A stretch of DNA of 62,123 nt, counting the filler, from Nemertoderma westbladi (taxonomy: Eukaryota > Animalia > Xenacoelomorpha): assembly GCA_032718475.1 (NCBI GenBank). It is 3 parts of 3 records of this genome, joined end to end, with 100 filler letters (N's around TTAATTAATTAA, not from the genome) between each part and the next. Parts side by side here need not be neighbours in the genome. Positions count along the whole stretch, not along the records: positions 29,141 to 51,159 come from JAUCBJ010006298.1; positions 51,260 to 62,123 come from JAUCBJ010006155.1; 1 more part is not named here. The stretch is one strand, 5' to 3'. A program made the translations under genes and the position numbers. A model generated the notes under the pieces. It had not been told where the DNA came from. It saw only the letters and a program-made list of their open reading frames with translations, and did not search any database. Positions 38,241 through 51,573 of the stretch are shown piece by piece (the first letter of the stretch is position 1; every line of letters begins with the position of its first letter).

Positions 38241-39695
38241 ACACGAAGTGGGGCCTTCGCGCAGCACGTGACTTAAATTTAATTTAAGTACTAATTCGAA
38301 AGTATTACTGTATTAGCAAATTTTAAGCAGATTTCGCCTAATCACTTTTTACCTCTTTCATTTCTATTCAGACATTTCTGACTCTAGCGGTATAGTGAGA
38401 ACTGAAGATGGATTAGGGTCTCCAGCCCCACAAAGACACAGCCTATGGATGAATAGTACATACGTACATCGGCCAAGTTTCATCTTGAATAACGGATAAC
38501 GAAATGAGAGACGGATCTCACTTTCAGAAATTTCGTCGTATAGCGGCAGACCGATTAAATCTCCCCCCCCCCCCCCCCCCCCCACAAAGACGCAGCATGT
38601 GGTCCAGAATATATGGCAAGATTCAGCTTAAACTGATTAAAATCAATGAGACGGGAGAATCTATTCACTTTCAGGCATAAAGTAGTCCTATAGCGGGTGA
38701 CTGTTGAACTGATTTTCAACAAAACAAATTTTCAACTTGGCAGCTTTAAATTCGACAAAGTTATAAGCATGTCAATATCATAACGACGACAACGATTTCA
38801 CTTTCAGACATTTGGCCCTCTAGCGGCAGACTGGAGAACTGCAGATGGATTCGCCTCCTTTGAAAGTCACAGCTAATGGTCTAATACATATCTGCCAAGT
38901 TTCAGCTTAAACGGATTAAAAGCAAAGAAATGGGAGGGCATTTAATGTTTAGACATGTGGCCCTCTAGCGGGAGACCATTGCACTGATGGTGTCTGAAAG
39001 TCTCTCAAAAATCTCAACTTTAGCTCATATTGATACCTACAAATTTTCAACTTGGCAGCTTTAAATCCGACAAAGTTATTAGCATGTTAAAATCGTAACG
39101 ACGACAACGATTTCACTTTCAGACCTTTGGCACTCTAGCGGCAGACTGGAGAACTGCAGATGGATTCGCCTCCTTTGAAAGTCACAGCTAATGGTCTAAT
39201 ACATATCTGCCAAGTTTCAGCTTAAACGGATTAAAAGCAAACAAATGGGAGGGCATTTAATGTTTAGACATGTGGCCCTCTAGCGGGAGACCATTGCACT
39301 GATGGTGTCTGAAAGTCTCTCAAAAATCTCAACTTTTGCTCATATTGATACCTACAAATTTTCAACTTGGCAGCTTTAAATCCGACAAAGTTATTAGCAT
39401 GTCAAAATCGTAACGACGACAACGATTTCACTTTCAGACCTTTGGCCCTCTAGCGGCAGACTGGAGAACTGCAGATGGATTCGCCTCCTTTGAAAGTCAC
39501 AGCTAATGGTCTAATACATATCTGCCAAGTTTCAGCTTAAACGGATTAAAAGCAAAGAAATGGGAGGGCATTTAATGTTTAGACATGTGGCAGGCAACGA
39601 CGACGACGACGACGACAACTATTTGCATAAATTGACCCACCCCCTAACAGTGTCAATTCGCTAAGGCTCCGCCAACTTCGTGGCTCGCCCCACAA
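38241..39695 (-). mobile_element. Helentron-associated-like element, copy 2 (reverse complement of 22165-23484, with one more internal unit)
   Basis: Near-identical sequence, including the shared spurious ORF GDLIGLPLYDEISESE... The array has ~315-bp units and a (GAC)n tract at ~39596-39616. Confidence 0.85.
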
Positions 39696-39846
39696 TATAA
39701 ACCTACTATACAAGAAAGTTGGATTAACATAATATTATTAATTAAGTCGATGGAGCTAAATGTACAATAGAACTGCGCTTTGTGCTGAGCGGTTTATTAT
39801 GGAAATAAGCAGTAAAAATATGTGATTGACTGATATAGGTACCCAA

Positions 39847-40493
39847 ATGGAATTCTTCAAAATGGTTGTTTTTATAGCCATTAGATTATCGTTATTATAT
39901 GTAAAAGTTTGTTTGGTCGTCTCTTGTGAAGTTGGTAATTTACTTTACATAAAGTCGGAGAGAGAAGAACTGGAAACCTTTTTTAAAGATGCGTTGCTAA
40001 ACCTCATAGAAACGCAAAACAACTACGTGTGGTTCAACAAAACCAGTATAAAAAGGAAATGCAGTTCTTGCGGCATCATATATGTTAGATTCTCAGGAAT
40101 TCCCGGTGATGAATTCGAAGATAAGTTTTATTCTATTGCACACAGCAGTAATGTTATGACAAGTGTTTAGCATTAAACGAGTCGACATGCAAACTTCAAT
40201 ACTAAATCGCATTGAGGCCATGAGGAGACCCCAGGTTTATGGAGACCGATGCTTATCTTTATATAAGGATAGTCCGGTGGATGGTAGGATTCTTCGCGGG
40301 CCAGCCAATCATGTCATGCCAATGGCAATGTTGCCATGGTATCGGTAGCGAGTGCCCGTCAGTGACATGGATGGATAACGTTGTAGCTGAAACCACGAGC
40401 ACGGTTGTTATGGAAACATACAGAGAATAACGGATACGGGAAGAAATTACCGACCTTATGGCTACTTGGAATTCTATTTCATGGAGTTTTTAA
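39847..40493 (+). pseudogene. Possible decayed gene for a secreted Cys-containing protein
   Basis: The ATG at 39847 is followed by a hydrophobic signal-like stretch. Three staggered overlapping ORFs follow, including CQWQCCHGIGSEC. No family recognised. Confidence 0.25.
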
Positions 40494-42307
40494 CTTCAAA
40501 GGTTTTTTTAAATCAACTATATTTATGGTGGAGGAATAATTTATAATAATTATTAATTTATGGTCTATTACCTTCCAGTCTACCAGAACGGAGATGTCCC
40601 CTCACCTTGAGCATTGAAAATAACTTATAATTCGATAAAATTAAAACTCACACATCAAAATGATTTCTGCCACCTCAATGACGTTACTACCGCTTAAAGA
40701 ATGTGTCGCTCTAAGCGCGAAGTGTTGGAAATATTTTATTATTGGTTCGTCAAGTACTCTGCCAAACAGTATTGCACAAATCTAATATTGTTCTGTTTTG
40801 TAATATCTCTATGTATATTGGTGATGGGCGTTTGTTTGTCTTCTAAACTCAAATGGACTATCAGCTGTTAATGTAACTTACTGTACGATATATTATTTCT
40901 AGTTTGAAAAGCGATTTTATGTTTTGATTAAAAGGTTGTTTGAGACACAGTTATAAATTGTTTTCTAATACGAGGCCAACTTCATTACGGAACAATATGC
41001 CACTCACCCTGCTATAGGTACCGGTACCACGCTCTTAACCGTCTCGCTAAAAAAATAAATAAAAATAAATAAAAAAAATAAATTTAAATTGAGGATATAA
41101 TAAAATATATAATTTATTCATTGCACAAATTAATATCAACCCATATTATAAGACTAGAATATTAAAAACTGTATTTAATTAAGTTGCGGTTTTTTAAATT
41201 AAATTTTTAAATTAAATTAAATTAACGTTTCTTTATAAAAATAGATCATATAAGCCAAGGGGTTCAAAAAGTAATAATGTTTATCTAGGTGCATTATTTA
41301 CATTAGGCCTATTATACATTTTATAACTCTTCTCTCGAGAGATCTCTTCTAGTTCTCGAGTTATAGCTGTCTGTTTGTCTGTTAGTCGGATGGCAAATGA
41401 CAAAACAAAATAATTGTCGTGAATGCTTGCATTCTCTATGAAAATAGACTAAATCGCTTTCTTTAGCGGCTTTAAAAATTTGTTAAAAATGCAGCAAAAC
41501 TGCGCGAAATTTATTGTCCTTTCATTTCATTTTCACACCGGTTTCAGCAAGAGGATTCGTCACATTGACCTTATCCAGACTGCATTTTCTCTACCAACCG
41601 TAATTGTCCCTTGAAATTGAAATTGAAATGAAATTGGCTCTTGAAATCATCATCTTTTAAGCCTACAGTACTACAAATAATATTCTAATTGTTCACTGGC
41701 ACTAATAATTATTCATTGTGGCAATCAAAAAACACCACAAATTATCCACAAAATTGTTAATAATTGATAATTAATAATTGTGACGTTTATAAATAATTAT
41801 TTGACTTTTTTCCTACATTGAAAGGGTATAGAACATCTGATTTTATTTACCTAAAGTAGCGAACCTTGAAAGAGCGTGTCCTTTTTCTGCTGTACCCTCC
41901 TGTTATCCAGTCTGCAACCAAATGCGTAGAATTTGGTTGCCTACTATAACTATCTTATAAAATGTAAGTGAATTACTTTATTTCAGTATTGTTCTATTAA
42001 TTTTGTGACGTCATAATGTCTAAAAATTGTTGCTGGAGTTGTTCTGATAATTATTTTGCGATTATATAATTAATGGTGTATGAATCTTCGAAAAAAGAAA
42101 TTGCTTGCGATATTCTTTACTTCCTTTGAGTTAACATTATTTGCTTTAAGATATTGAATAAGATATTCTTATATATTATTCCATAAACACAGTATCAAAT
42201 CGGTAGAAGCAATAAGGGTGGGCTAAGGACAATAACTAATTAATGCAGTACTGGTGGGCCTATTATTATTATTGATTTATTATTAGTACAGCATAATATA
42301 TAATTAC

Positions 42308-42539
42308 CTATGTAGTCCGGGATATGAGAACTGGAGTGCTGGAATGACAGACTCCCCCTAGGAATGGCCCTTCTCTTTAGGGACGTCTGGGGTAGCCAAC
42401 TGGGCTCTTTCCTTGTCTGTCTGTTAAGCTTTTCTTCTCGAACCCCATTATTGGCTGATTCACATCCCATTGCGAACACATCAGGGGATGATGTGGATGT
42501 AACTGACCTCCCAATTGGATAGATTTTATTTGCTTCCAT
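42308..42539 (-). CDS. Possible first coding exon of an unidentified gene
   Basis: GC-richer open frame from the ATG at 42539 to a donor-like ATAG|GTAATT at 42308/42307, inside AT-rich flanks. No consistent next exon was found. Confidence 0.25.
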
Positions 42540-44299
42540 AGTGATTAATATTCCATTATTTTAGGTCTAAATAAAATATAATTTCACCACTCAAGAACAA
42601 TAATTGACAGACATCTTAATTTCTTTACTAACAGTAATTTCTAATTTCTTAGTATTTCTTAGCAATTTACTATTAACAAATTTAAACACATTATAAAGTT
42701 GAAATGTTTGTTTATATACTGTATGTTTGCAAATATTTAGGGTGATCTACCTACTGTATAGGTATAATATTATAATAATTTATAAATATTATAATAATTA
42801 TTAATTTGGAGTGAAACTTTTTGAAACTTTTCTTGTTGTTTAATTTAGGCGTAGCTATAAATAAAGTAGCCTGTGGTGGTCTCCAGTAGTAGCAGGTACA
42901 AAAAATGCTATAGATTATTGTCATTTTCAAAATTAGATACCTGTCTGTAGGTACTATAAAATAAATCTTTATTGTATTTCGGTGATTAATTTATAAAACT
43001 GTGCTAACATTTATCTATATAACAAATAAATTCATTTTAAATTTTTTTAATATTGGGGCCCCAATACATTTTATATTTAATATATTTAATTTATTTAATA
43101 TTGATAATTTAAATGTCAATTATGAATATTTTACAATATATTTTACCAATTGTATTAAATAAAGATGGTTTGTATTCAGTTATCAACCAACCCTAATTAT
43201 TAACGTAAACCTTGCAAGAAGTTCACTGATTATTTACTTTACCTTATGAGAAATATGATAATTATCTTACAGTGTAGAAACTTAACCATTAATTGAATAA
43301 ATATTTAATAATAAATTATAACAACAATGTAACAATTTTATTGTATATTGTGTACACATTGGTACGAATGAGAAATCCTTTCTACCAACTAACTTCTAAT
43401 TAAGGATATAGTATAGTTCGATGTGTTGCTAGGCGATATCCAATAATTAACATTTTTTCGTTTGGCTTAAAACTAAATTGTATTAAAATCCGAAGTCCCA
43501 GCCAAGATTTCCTTTTAATGCGACAATCATCACGATACTGAAAATAACAGCTTACCAATACAATTTGTTTAGAGAGAATAAAGTCCAGAGAGGACATTTA
43601 TTATTATAGTTGTAAATATATTATTTAAGTGAAATGAAATAAAACTATATGTAAATAAATTGATATGGGTAACGAACAGTTCGGGCAGAAAGAATTAGTT
43701 GTTCTAGACACAACAAGCCCACCATTAAAATAAAATATAGTTTTACGTTTACGAAGTGAACAGATCAACGGCTATTTAATATATATTACTCATATTATCT
43801 CCCACGCTGACTCAATTTAGTTATATATATATATCTTTTTAATAATTTGTGCATTGTGCCACCGGTGGCGTATTAAATTAAATTATTATATTTTACAATA
43901 CAGTATGTGTGGACATAGATATATATATACCGCGCATATAACACCCATAGACGATGATAATTTACGCCCACTGTTTATTTTACAACACACGTGACGTCAT
44001 CAGGTCTTGAATTCGTTTGCCTACATACCGTACCTATAGTGTATATTTTTTTTTACAATAAAATACAGTGTATATACAGGTGTACATTAGTCGTCCAAAT
44101 TCATTACCTGTTTTGTAAGTTTGGTACAGTATACCTACAGTCTGATCAAGCAGGGCATTGCTTTCGCCGTATAAGCCAGTGCACTTTGCTACATCTTACT
44201 TTGGCGGCATCTCGGAGAGACAAAGCATGATGGGTAGCTACTGTATGACTTTCTCAGGGACAAATCGTAAAGTTCACTGTGCCTTCAGATGCGGATAAT

Positions 44300-44516
44300 C
44301 ATGACCTACTAATAATACGGCCTGGCAAGCTGCAGCAACCCATCAAATTTAGTTGGCCGACTTTTTTTTTTACAGTTTAACACTTTTAAAATTGGCTAAG
44401 CTATAAATAATAGAGACCTACTGTAACATTAAAACTATTGTGTGCATGCTGCACACATCTGCAGCTTTGCACACATTGCTGCTGCAGCTCGCCAGGTCGT
44501 ATTATAGTAGGTCATG
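44300..44516. mobile_element. hAT-like MITE with ~35-bp TIRs and 7-8-bp TSD
   Basis: TIRs catgacctactaataatacggcctggcaagctgcagca / tgctgcagctcgccaggtcgtattatagtaggtcatg; ggataat(c) lies on both flanks. Confidence 0.8.
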
Positions 44517-44875
44517 GGATAATCAAACGAAAGGATGAAAATTCAAAAAGAGTCCTAAAAGTCATCGAGTCCCAATTTAGTTGATAAACCGGAATAGTAT
44601 TGTTTACGGAGCCAATTACCCCAAATCTATTTTTTTTATTTATAAATCTACTATTCTGAAACTTGAACACAATGATCTTTGATCTTTTACTATGAAAACT
44701 GAGTATGGATAACTTCGTAAACCCGTTTCTTAATTAAGAGAAATATGGCACTTTTAGTGCAGGTCGGTTTTTTACAAAAATTGTATAAATGTTGAGGCTT
44801 TATATGTAAAATATCTCATGTTTAAGGAACAGTAATACCACCTGAGTTCTTGGTCCAAGGCATTGGCAAAATGTA

Positions 44876-44945
44876 CCTAGATATATTCCTAGATATACCC
44901 TAGATATTCCTAGATATACCCTAGATATTCCTAGATATACCTAGC
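44876..44945. repeat. Short ~10/20-bp tandem repeat (CTAGATATTCCTAGATATAC)
   Basis: Directly visible. Confidence 0.8.
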
Positions 44946-45381
44946 TATCTTCTATGAAAATTTCTGCACAAAATTATTGTTTTTAATAAAAATTTATGGG
45001 GGTTTTAGTATGTCCGGGCTATATTTTGGGAATCTAATATTTTGTGATTAACAAAGGGTAGCTGTTACAAAATCGGTTCTAGAAGATCCAAATGGCCATG
45101 TTTTACAAAACTAACTTAGCTGCTGAACATTTTGTATATGTTTAATAACAATCAAATTCAATGTATTTATTTATGAATTTAATTTAATTAAGTAAAAAAT
45201 AAAATAGTAGTTAGGGAATTTAGTGATGAAAAAACTAAAAATCAACAAACTGAGAAAAAGGTTGTGTTATTCAGTGAGAGAGTCATGAATATCAGCCATA
45301 AATATTGTTGTTGAAAAAAATGAAATATTATAATATTATATATACACCATGACCAGTAATATAGTGTCATTTTCTGATGAC

Positions 45382-48300
45382 ACGGACACCCCCCCCCCCC
45401 CCCAGATTTTTCTACAAATCTTTATCATAATGCTTGGAATTTGAAACACAACTAGTTCAACTCACCGTGGTTGTTACCATGAAGCCGGAATTTTTGAATT
45501 TGCCTTTAATTTTTTTTATCAGCGTTTTAAAAAAGTGTCTTTTGCGAAATCGCACCCTCCGTATCGTGGCCATTCTTCACATTAGTCGTAATTTTTTATA
45601 TCATTAAAAAGCTTGCGTTGCAAGGATTCCAAATATGTAACAATATCTGAATTTCGTTGAGAAACAGCTGAGATATAGGCGTTCAAAGATTGCAAGAATT
45701 ATTGTTCGCTGAAGGCCATTTATTCTATTTAATAAATACACAATATTCGAGAAGGCATAATTGAAACCAGAAACAGAAACCTTATGAATTTAAGTCCAGA
45801 TGAGAAGCTCAGGAGAAGATTTATTAACAGTATGGTTTCCGGCCGGGTTGCTACAGCAGTAAATATTCTGGAAAACAAATCTGGTGGTTCTGTCTTGGAT
45901 CTAGATTCGTGTGTCGATGGTACACCCATTAGACAGATACTGAAAGAAAAACACCCACCTGCTGCACCTGTTGGCCCATCCATGATTGAACATAATTGGG
46001 AAGGTGTTATCGATTTCCATCCAGTAATATTTAACGGCATCAATGGTGACACAGTGCTCCAAGCAACACTCCGCACACATGGCTCAGCGGGCCCCTCTGG
46101 AGCCGATGCCGAGGCATGGCGGCGTATGTCGACGGCTTTCGGGAACACATCGGTTGCCATAAGGAATGCTGTTGCAGCAGACGCCCGACGCATGGCGGTA
46201 GAATACCTGGATCCGGTTGTAATGGATGCATTCAATGCGTGTCGTCTGATACCTCTGGACAAATCCCCTGGGGTACGTCCCATTGGAGTTGGGGAATGTT
46301 TGAGAAGAATGATAGGTAAATCAATTATGTCTTGTATTAATGTATCAATTATGTCTTGTCTTGTATTATGTCTTGTATGTCTTGAGGTGCTAGGCGGCAA
46401 CACGCAGCTGTGTCTTGGGCAACTCGAAGGGATCGAGCATGCCATACATTCGTTACGAGATTGCTATGATACAAATGACTGTGAGGCTATACTACTCCTA
46501 GATGCTACAAATGACATTAACGCCCTGAACAGATCATTAACACTGCATAATGTCCAGGTAAATTGCCCCCCTTTGGCGACAGTTCTCGTTTCCGCTAAAA
46601 AAAATTAATTTCGCACTACCATATCTCCAATAAACACCTACCGTAATCCAGTACGCATGTTTGTTGAGGGTGAAACAATTTGGTCATATGAAGGAACCAC
46701 ACAGGGGGACCCTTTGGCCCTTGCCATGTAAGCCATAGGAATACTTCCAATGATCAAACGCCTAAATACAGCCACCCTACCCTGTGTTACTTCTACTAAC
46801 AGTAATGAAGTGGGATTTCAGTCGCCAGATAGCTCAGATAATCTTGTAAACTCCAAAATTCCAGTGCATGTTGGCGATCATATGGAGGCTAAAGCAACGG
46901 ATTTGCTTGTGCGTCAGAATAGCAGTGCGATTACAGAGAAATGGTATGCCGATGATGGAACGGCCATCGGGAAACTGACTAAGTTAAGGGATTATTGGGG
47001 CAAGGTTTGTCAAATTGGCCCCAAATACGGCTATTATCCAAACAGTTCGAAATCAAAACTGATTGTCAAAGCTGAGTACAGACATGCCGCAGTATCATTA
47101 TTTGAGGGCACAGGTGTTCAAATTGTAGAGAGCTACAGGGTCTTGGGTTCCGTTTTGGGTTCCCAACCAGTTTGTCTAGATTATATTAAGCAGCGGGTTA
47201 CTAAACTCTGTGACTTGGTTGGCGATTTAGCAAAAATATCACAATCCGCACCACACCCATCCTACTGTTGCATGGTCCGTGGAATACTGCCGAGGTTGAA
47301 TTTTCTGGCGAGAACCACACCAAACTTCGTCCGACAGTTAGACAAATTCCAGGAGGTTGTCAGTACCAGGTTTATACCGGCTCTCACTGGCAGGCATGCC
47401 CCTGCTAGGGCAGAACGGGAACTACTTTCTTTGCCAGTGAGGGAGGGGGGTATGGCCATCTCACAGCCATCAGACTTCAATGACTGTTACAAACATTCTC
47501 TCAAGTTATCACAGCCTCTGCAACTGCTATTACCTGGGGGTGATCCCCCCCGCCGGTCCCAGATTACCATTCTTAGTGAGCTAAAATCCAGTGCCGCTCA
47601 AAAGCTTAAGAACAAGTGCGCCCGACTGGACTCGAAACTGAGTGACGAGCTCAAATACCAACGTATGTTGACCAGAGAGAAGAGCGCATCAGTCTGGCTA
47701 ACAGCCCTTCCAATCCAAAAGCTGGGAATGTCTCTCCATAAAACTTCATTCCGGGACAGTCTTAGCTTAAGATATGGGTGGGAGCCAGACCGCGTTCCAT
47801 CAACCTGCACATGTGGTGCCGCCTTCTCGGTAACTCATTCTCTTCACTGCCCAACAGGCTGCATTACAATAGTCAGACATAATGAAATAAGGGATTTTCT
47901 AGCCGAGGTTCTCAACGAAGTCGCCTCAGACGTGGAAACGGAGCCCCATTTACAGCCACTAGATGGGGAACAGTTTAGACTGCGGTCAACCTCAGTCTCA
48001 CCCGACACGCGACTGGATATTGCAGCTAGTGGAGTTTGGGGAGGGAGGTTCGAAAGAGTTTATATTGATGTTAAGGTTTTCAATCCTTTGTGCCCTTCCA
48101 ACCCGCGTACAACCGAGGCAGCTTATCATAAGCATGAATCTGAAAAGAGGCGAAAGTATGAAGAAAGGATTAATATGGTGGAACAAGCTGGGTTCTGCCC
48201 GTTCGTGGTGGCGGCAACAGGGGGTTACAGCCGTTCAGCTCATGCCCTCTTGAACAGAATGGCACTGTTGCTTTCGGCGAAGAGGAATTCCCCTTACCCA

Positions 48301-49082
48301 GAAACAATAAATTAGTTGCGCACCCGATTAAGTTTCGCCCTTTTGCGGTCTGCCAGCATGTGCATCCGAGGATCTAGGTCCCACAGGACGAGAATAGCAC
48401 GATTGGCGGACACGGGAATCCGATCGCCAGTCTCCTCGGCCGGCCTGGAGTCAGGGTAGCTCGTGAGGATCTCGAGGCTCGGGGGAAGGATTACGAGGAG
48501 GTCGGAGTTGATAGTGGCTGAGTCGAAGATGAGGAAGGAGAGGAGGAATACTAGATGAAACCTTTACAAACTCTATTCAATCAGCCGTTATTTCTAGAAC
48601 AAGTAGATTAGTGTTATATCTTAAATCTGTGTTGATATATTAGTATTATTGAAAATTAAAAAAGTGTGAAGGGAAAAAAAAAAAAATAATATTCTAGAAC
48701 GTGTTATTTATTTTATAAGTTGGTTGGCAACAGCGGTATTCCTATACAATATTAAATGGCCTTCAGCGAACGATAATTCTTGCAATCTTTGAAAGCCTAA
48801 TCTCAGCTGTTTCTCAATGAAATTCAGATTTTGTTACATATTTTGAATCCTTGCAACGCAAGCTGTTTAATGATATGAAAAAATTACGACTAATGTGAAG
48901 AATGGCCACGATACGGAGGGTGCGATTTCGCAAGACACTTTTTTGAAACGGTTATAAAAACATTTAAAGGCAAAATCGCAAATTCTGGCTTCATGGTAAC
49001 AACCACGATGAGTTGAACTAGTTGTGTTTCAAATTTCAAGCTATATGATAAAGATTTGTAGAAAAATATGGGGGGGGTCCGT
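45382..49082. mobile_element. Foldback/MITE with ~340-bp inverted arms (45382-45722 and ~48754-49082), interrupted centrally by a CRE retrotransposon
   Basis: The arms are reverse complements with scattered mismatches, e.g. cgaaatcgcaccctccgtatcgtggccattcttcacattagtcgtaa vs ttacgactaatgtgaagaatggccacgatacggagggtgcgatttcg. Confidence 0.88.
45754..48686 (+). mobile_element. CRE-clade non-LTR retrotransposon (RT + Zn knuckle + restriction-like endonuclease), 5'-truncated and degenerate
   Basis: Motifs [47 protein letters not shown], CxC..H..HC, RHNEIRD, RLDI, DVKVFNP and EKRRKY. Poly(A) at 48674-48686. Candidate TSD aatattcgagaa (45742-45753) / aatattctagaa (48688-48699). Confidence 0.9.
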
Positions 49083-49189
49083 AATTTAAGAGTGATTAGA
49101 CTTATGTGTAGGTTCGGTTAACATCAAAAAATATTGGATAATAAATATAATCAAACACTTCATACCATTTAAAATCAGATTAAGTCTTT

Positions 49190-49700
49190 ATCACACATTG
49201 ATCGAGTCCCCTATTCCCTTTGCCTTTAACAGCCTGCGGTAATTATCATGATGTTCAACACGATACAGTTCTAAACCAGTTAATTAAACTACAAAAGAGA
49301 TACATCCGAATTATCTTTTTAAAACCATGTAACTTTCCTACCCATGAGTTGTTTAAGAATCTAAACGTCATACTAAAACTTAAATCACTCTATAAGTATC
49401 GTTGTTTACTGTACATTTTCCGTCACCGATTAGGACTTCAACATCTTCCAGAAGGACTTAAATCAACCTTACTTCCAATAAGTACTGTACATAAGTATCC
49501 CACTCGCGCAGCACAAAACCACCACTATCGGCTCCCACTTTATCGAACGAACTAAGGAAAATCCACAATATCATATCAGGCAGTCAAACTATGGAACATC
49601 ATACCGGCCGAAATTCAAAACTCAAAATCGTTATGCAAAGTAAAAAATTTCTAAAGACATACCTTATCAATCTCCAATAACTCCGTACCGTACTGTATAT
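49190..49700 (+). mobile_element. CR1/L2-group LINE 3' fragment
   Basis: The translation LIKLQKRYIRII...THELFKNL...HKYPTR...RLP..RTN...KLWN is the typical ORF2 C-terminus. Confidence 0.8.
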
Positions 49701-51159
49701 TCCATGAAATACACATTCTATAAACATACAATAAAAATATTACATCTATCCTATTCCTATTATGTATGTATACGGCAACCATTACAGCAAAAATAAAGTA
49801 AGATGATGATCAGCCGTCAATGAATACTCAACCTCAAGTCAACTCAACCAAAACTGGCAAATCTAGACAAATAAATAAATAAATTGTGTATTACACCATA
49901 CTACTGTAAAAAATGTTTGTAGCATTAATAGTGTAATTAAAAAAAACTTAAAAAATATGACATTAAAATAAAAAATTAAGTATTAATAATATACTAATAA
50001 TATATTTTCTAGCACAAAATATGCGATGCTTCTGTGTTCGGAAATGTTGGCGCCTATGAAGTGGCTATAGTATTTAAGTAGTCATTAGTATAATAGTAGT
50101 GGTGTCTGTGGCTGGGGGGGGGGGGGGGGGGGGTGTATCAAGTAGTCATTGTATAATAGTAGTATGCAGTTTTAATATTGTTGTTTATTGTTAATATTCG
50201 CATATTGCTACGGAAACTAGGTAAAATTATAATCGTATAATTTAAAAAAATGTTCTATAAATGTTGTTTTCTCCTAAAATTATACTCTTTTCTTAGAAAT
50301 TGCTCTGTTACGGGATTCTAGAAAATATATGTTGCAGTATATTCATATAATTTTATGTATTATCCTATTGTACAGCAATATACCAAACTTGCTACGGTTT
50401 CTTTCACATGTACTGTAGCTAAATATTTCACATCAAGCAAAATGACCATCTCAATAAGATTGACAGATTGGCACTTTAAATTCTACTCCAGTATTCGTAA
50501 GAATGATAACTCTTATTACAAACTGACCTCACCAAAAGCCATGCGAACATCATTAAATAAGATAGAAACGGCATAAAAAAAACCTTAAGATCTTTTCGTT
50601 GTTTGTCATCTAATTAATTTCATTAAATTTTACTGGGGGGGGGGGGGGGGGGGGGGGGGGTACTAGTGTAACTAACCCGTGTCACCATTTTATAGCTTTG
50701 CTTAGCTGTTTTATGTTCTGGGACATATTGTGGACTCATTACATGATACATTTTTGTGGTAGCTAGTGTTTTCAATGGTAGTTAGTGTATTCATAAAAAT
50801 GGTACAGTAGCTAGTGTTTTTAAAAATACCAACAAATTGTATTATTATTATGAATATCCATAATAAAGTTGGCTTATCTTTATTTATTTATCAGTGAAAA
50901 GAGCCTAGAAATCATGAAAATAAAATAACGTAATTTCTGCAACAATTTATTAATTAGATAATGAAAAAAATCTACAGTAGTTGCACAGATTCGGTCGTCC
51001 TTACGACTCATTTCCAGTATAGATCCCACAGAACTATACTGCTTACAGGCAAAGAGATAACTGGTACTCATTTAAGGACCATTTAAAAGTAACAAAGCAA
51101 ATATGCGCGTCATATGCGGAAATTAATAATAGCGAGCGATGGAAGAACATCTTTAATTT

Positions 51160-51259
51160 NNNNNNNNNNNNNNNNNNNNNNNNNNNNNNNNNNNNNNNNN
51201 NNNTTAATTAATTAANNNNNNNNNNNNNNNNNNNNNNNNNNNNNNNNNNNNNNNNNNNN
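51160..51259. other. Artificial assembly gap linker (N44-TTAATTAATTAA-N44)
   Basis: Exactly 100 nt with a six-frame stop spacer. Confidence 0.97.
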
Positions 51260-51573
51260 GCACAGACATTGCGAGTTTCCTAAGACTTCGGACTTCTTGC
51301 ACGGACTGTTAGGCATCAATAATTTCACATGCTGATCGGCATTACATCATGTCATCATATCAATACTCACTTGAAGGGGTCTTGTGCTAGCATCATAAGT
51401 GGCAGTTTGAGAAGAATTGACAGATCTCATGCTCTCATACTGTAACTAAATATAGATTATGGCAACAACAAAAAGGCCTTATTATACCAAAAAAACTAGC
51501 ACCTGCTAACTACAACAGCTGCATGCAGTACTGAAAAGTTCTTCCAGTTTTAATTCGCTATTATCTTTTTTAG

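Noticed and set aside
45729-46445. 238-aa antisense ORF, and similar antisense ORFs over the RTEs and the amine oxidase
   Set aside because: They are shadows of genuine coding sequence on the opposite strand.
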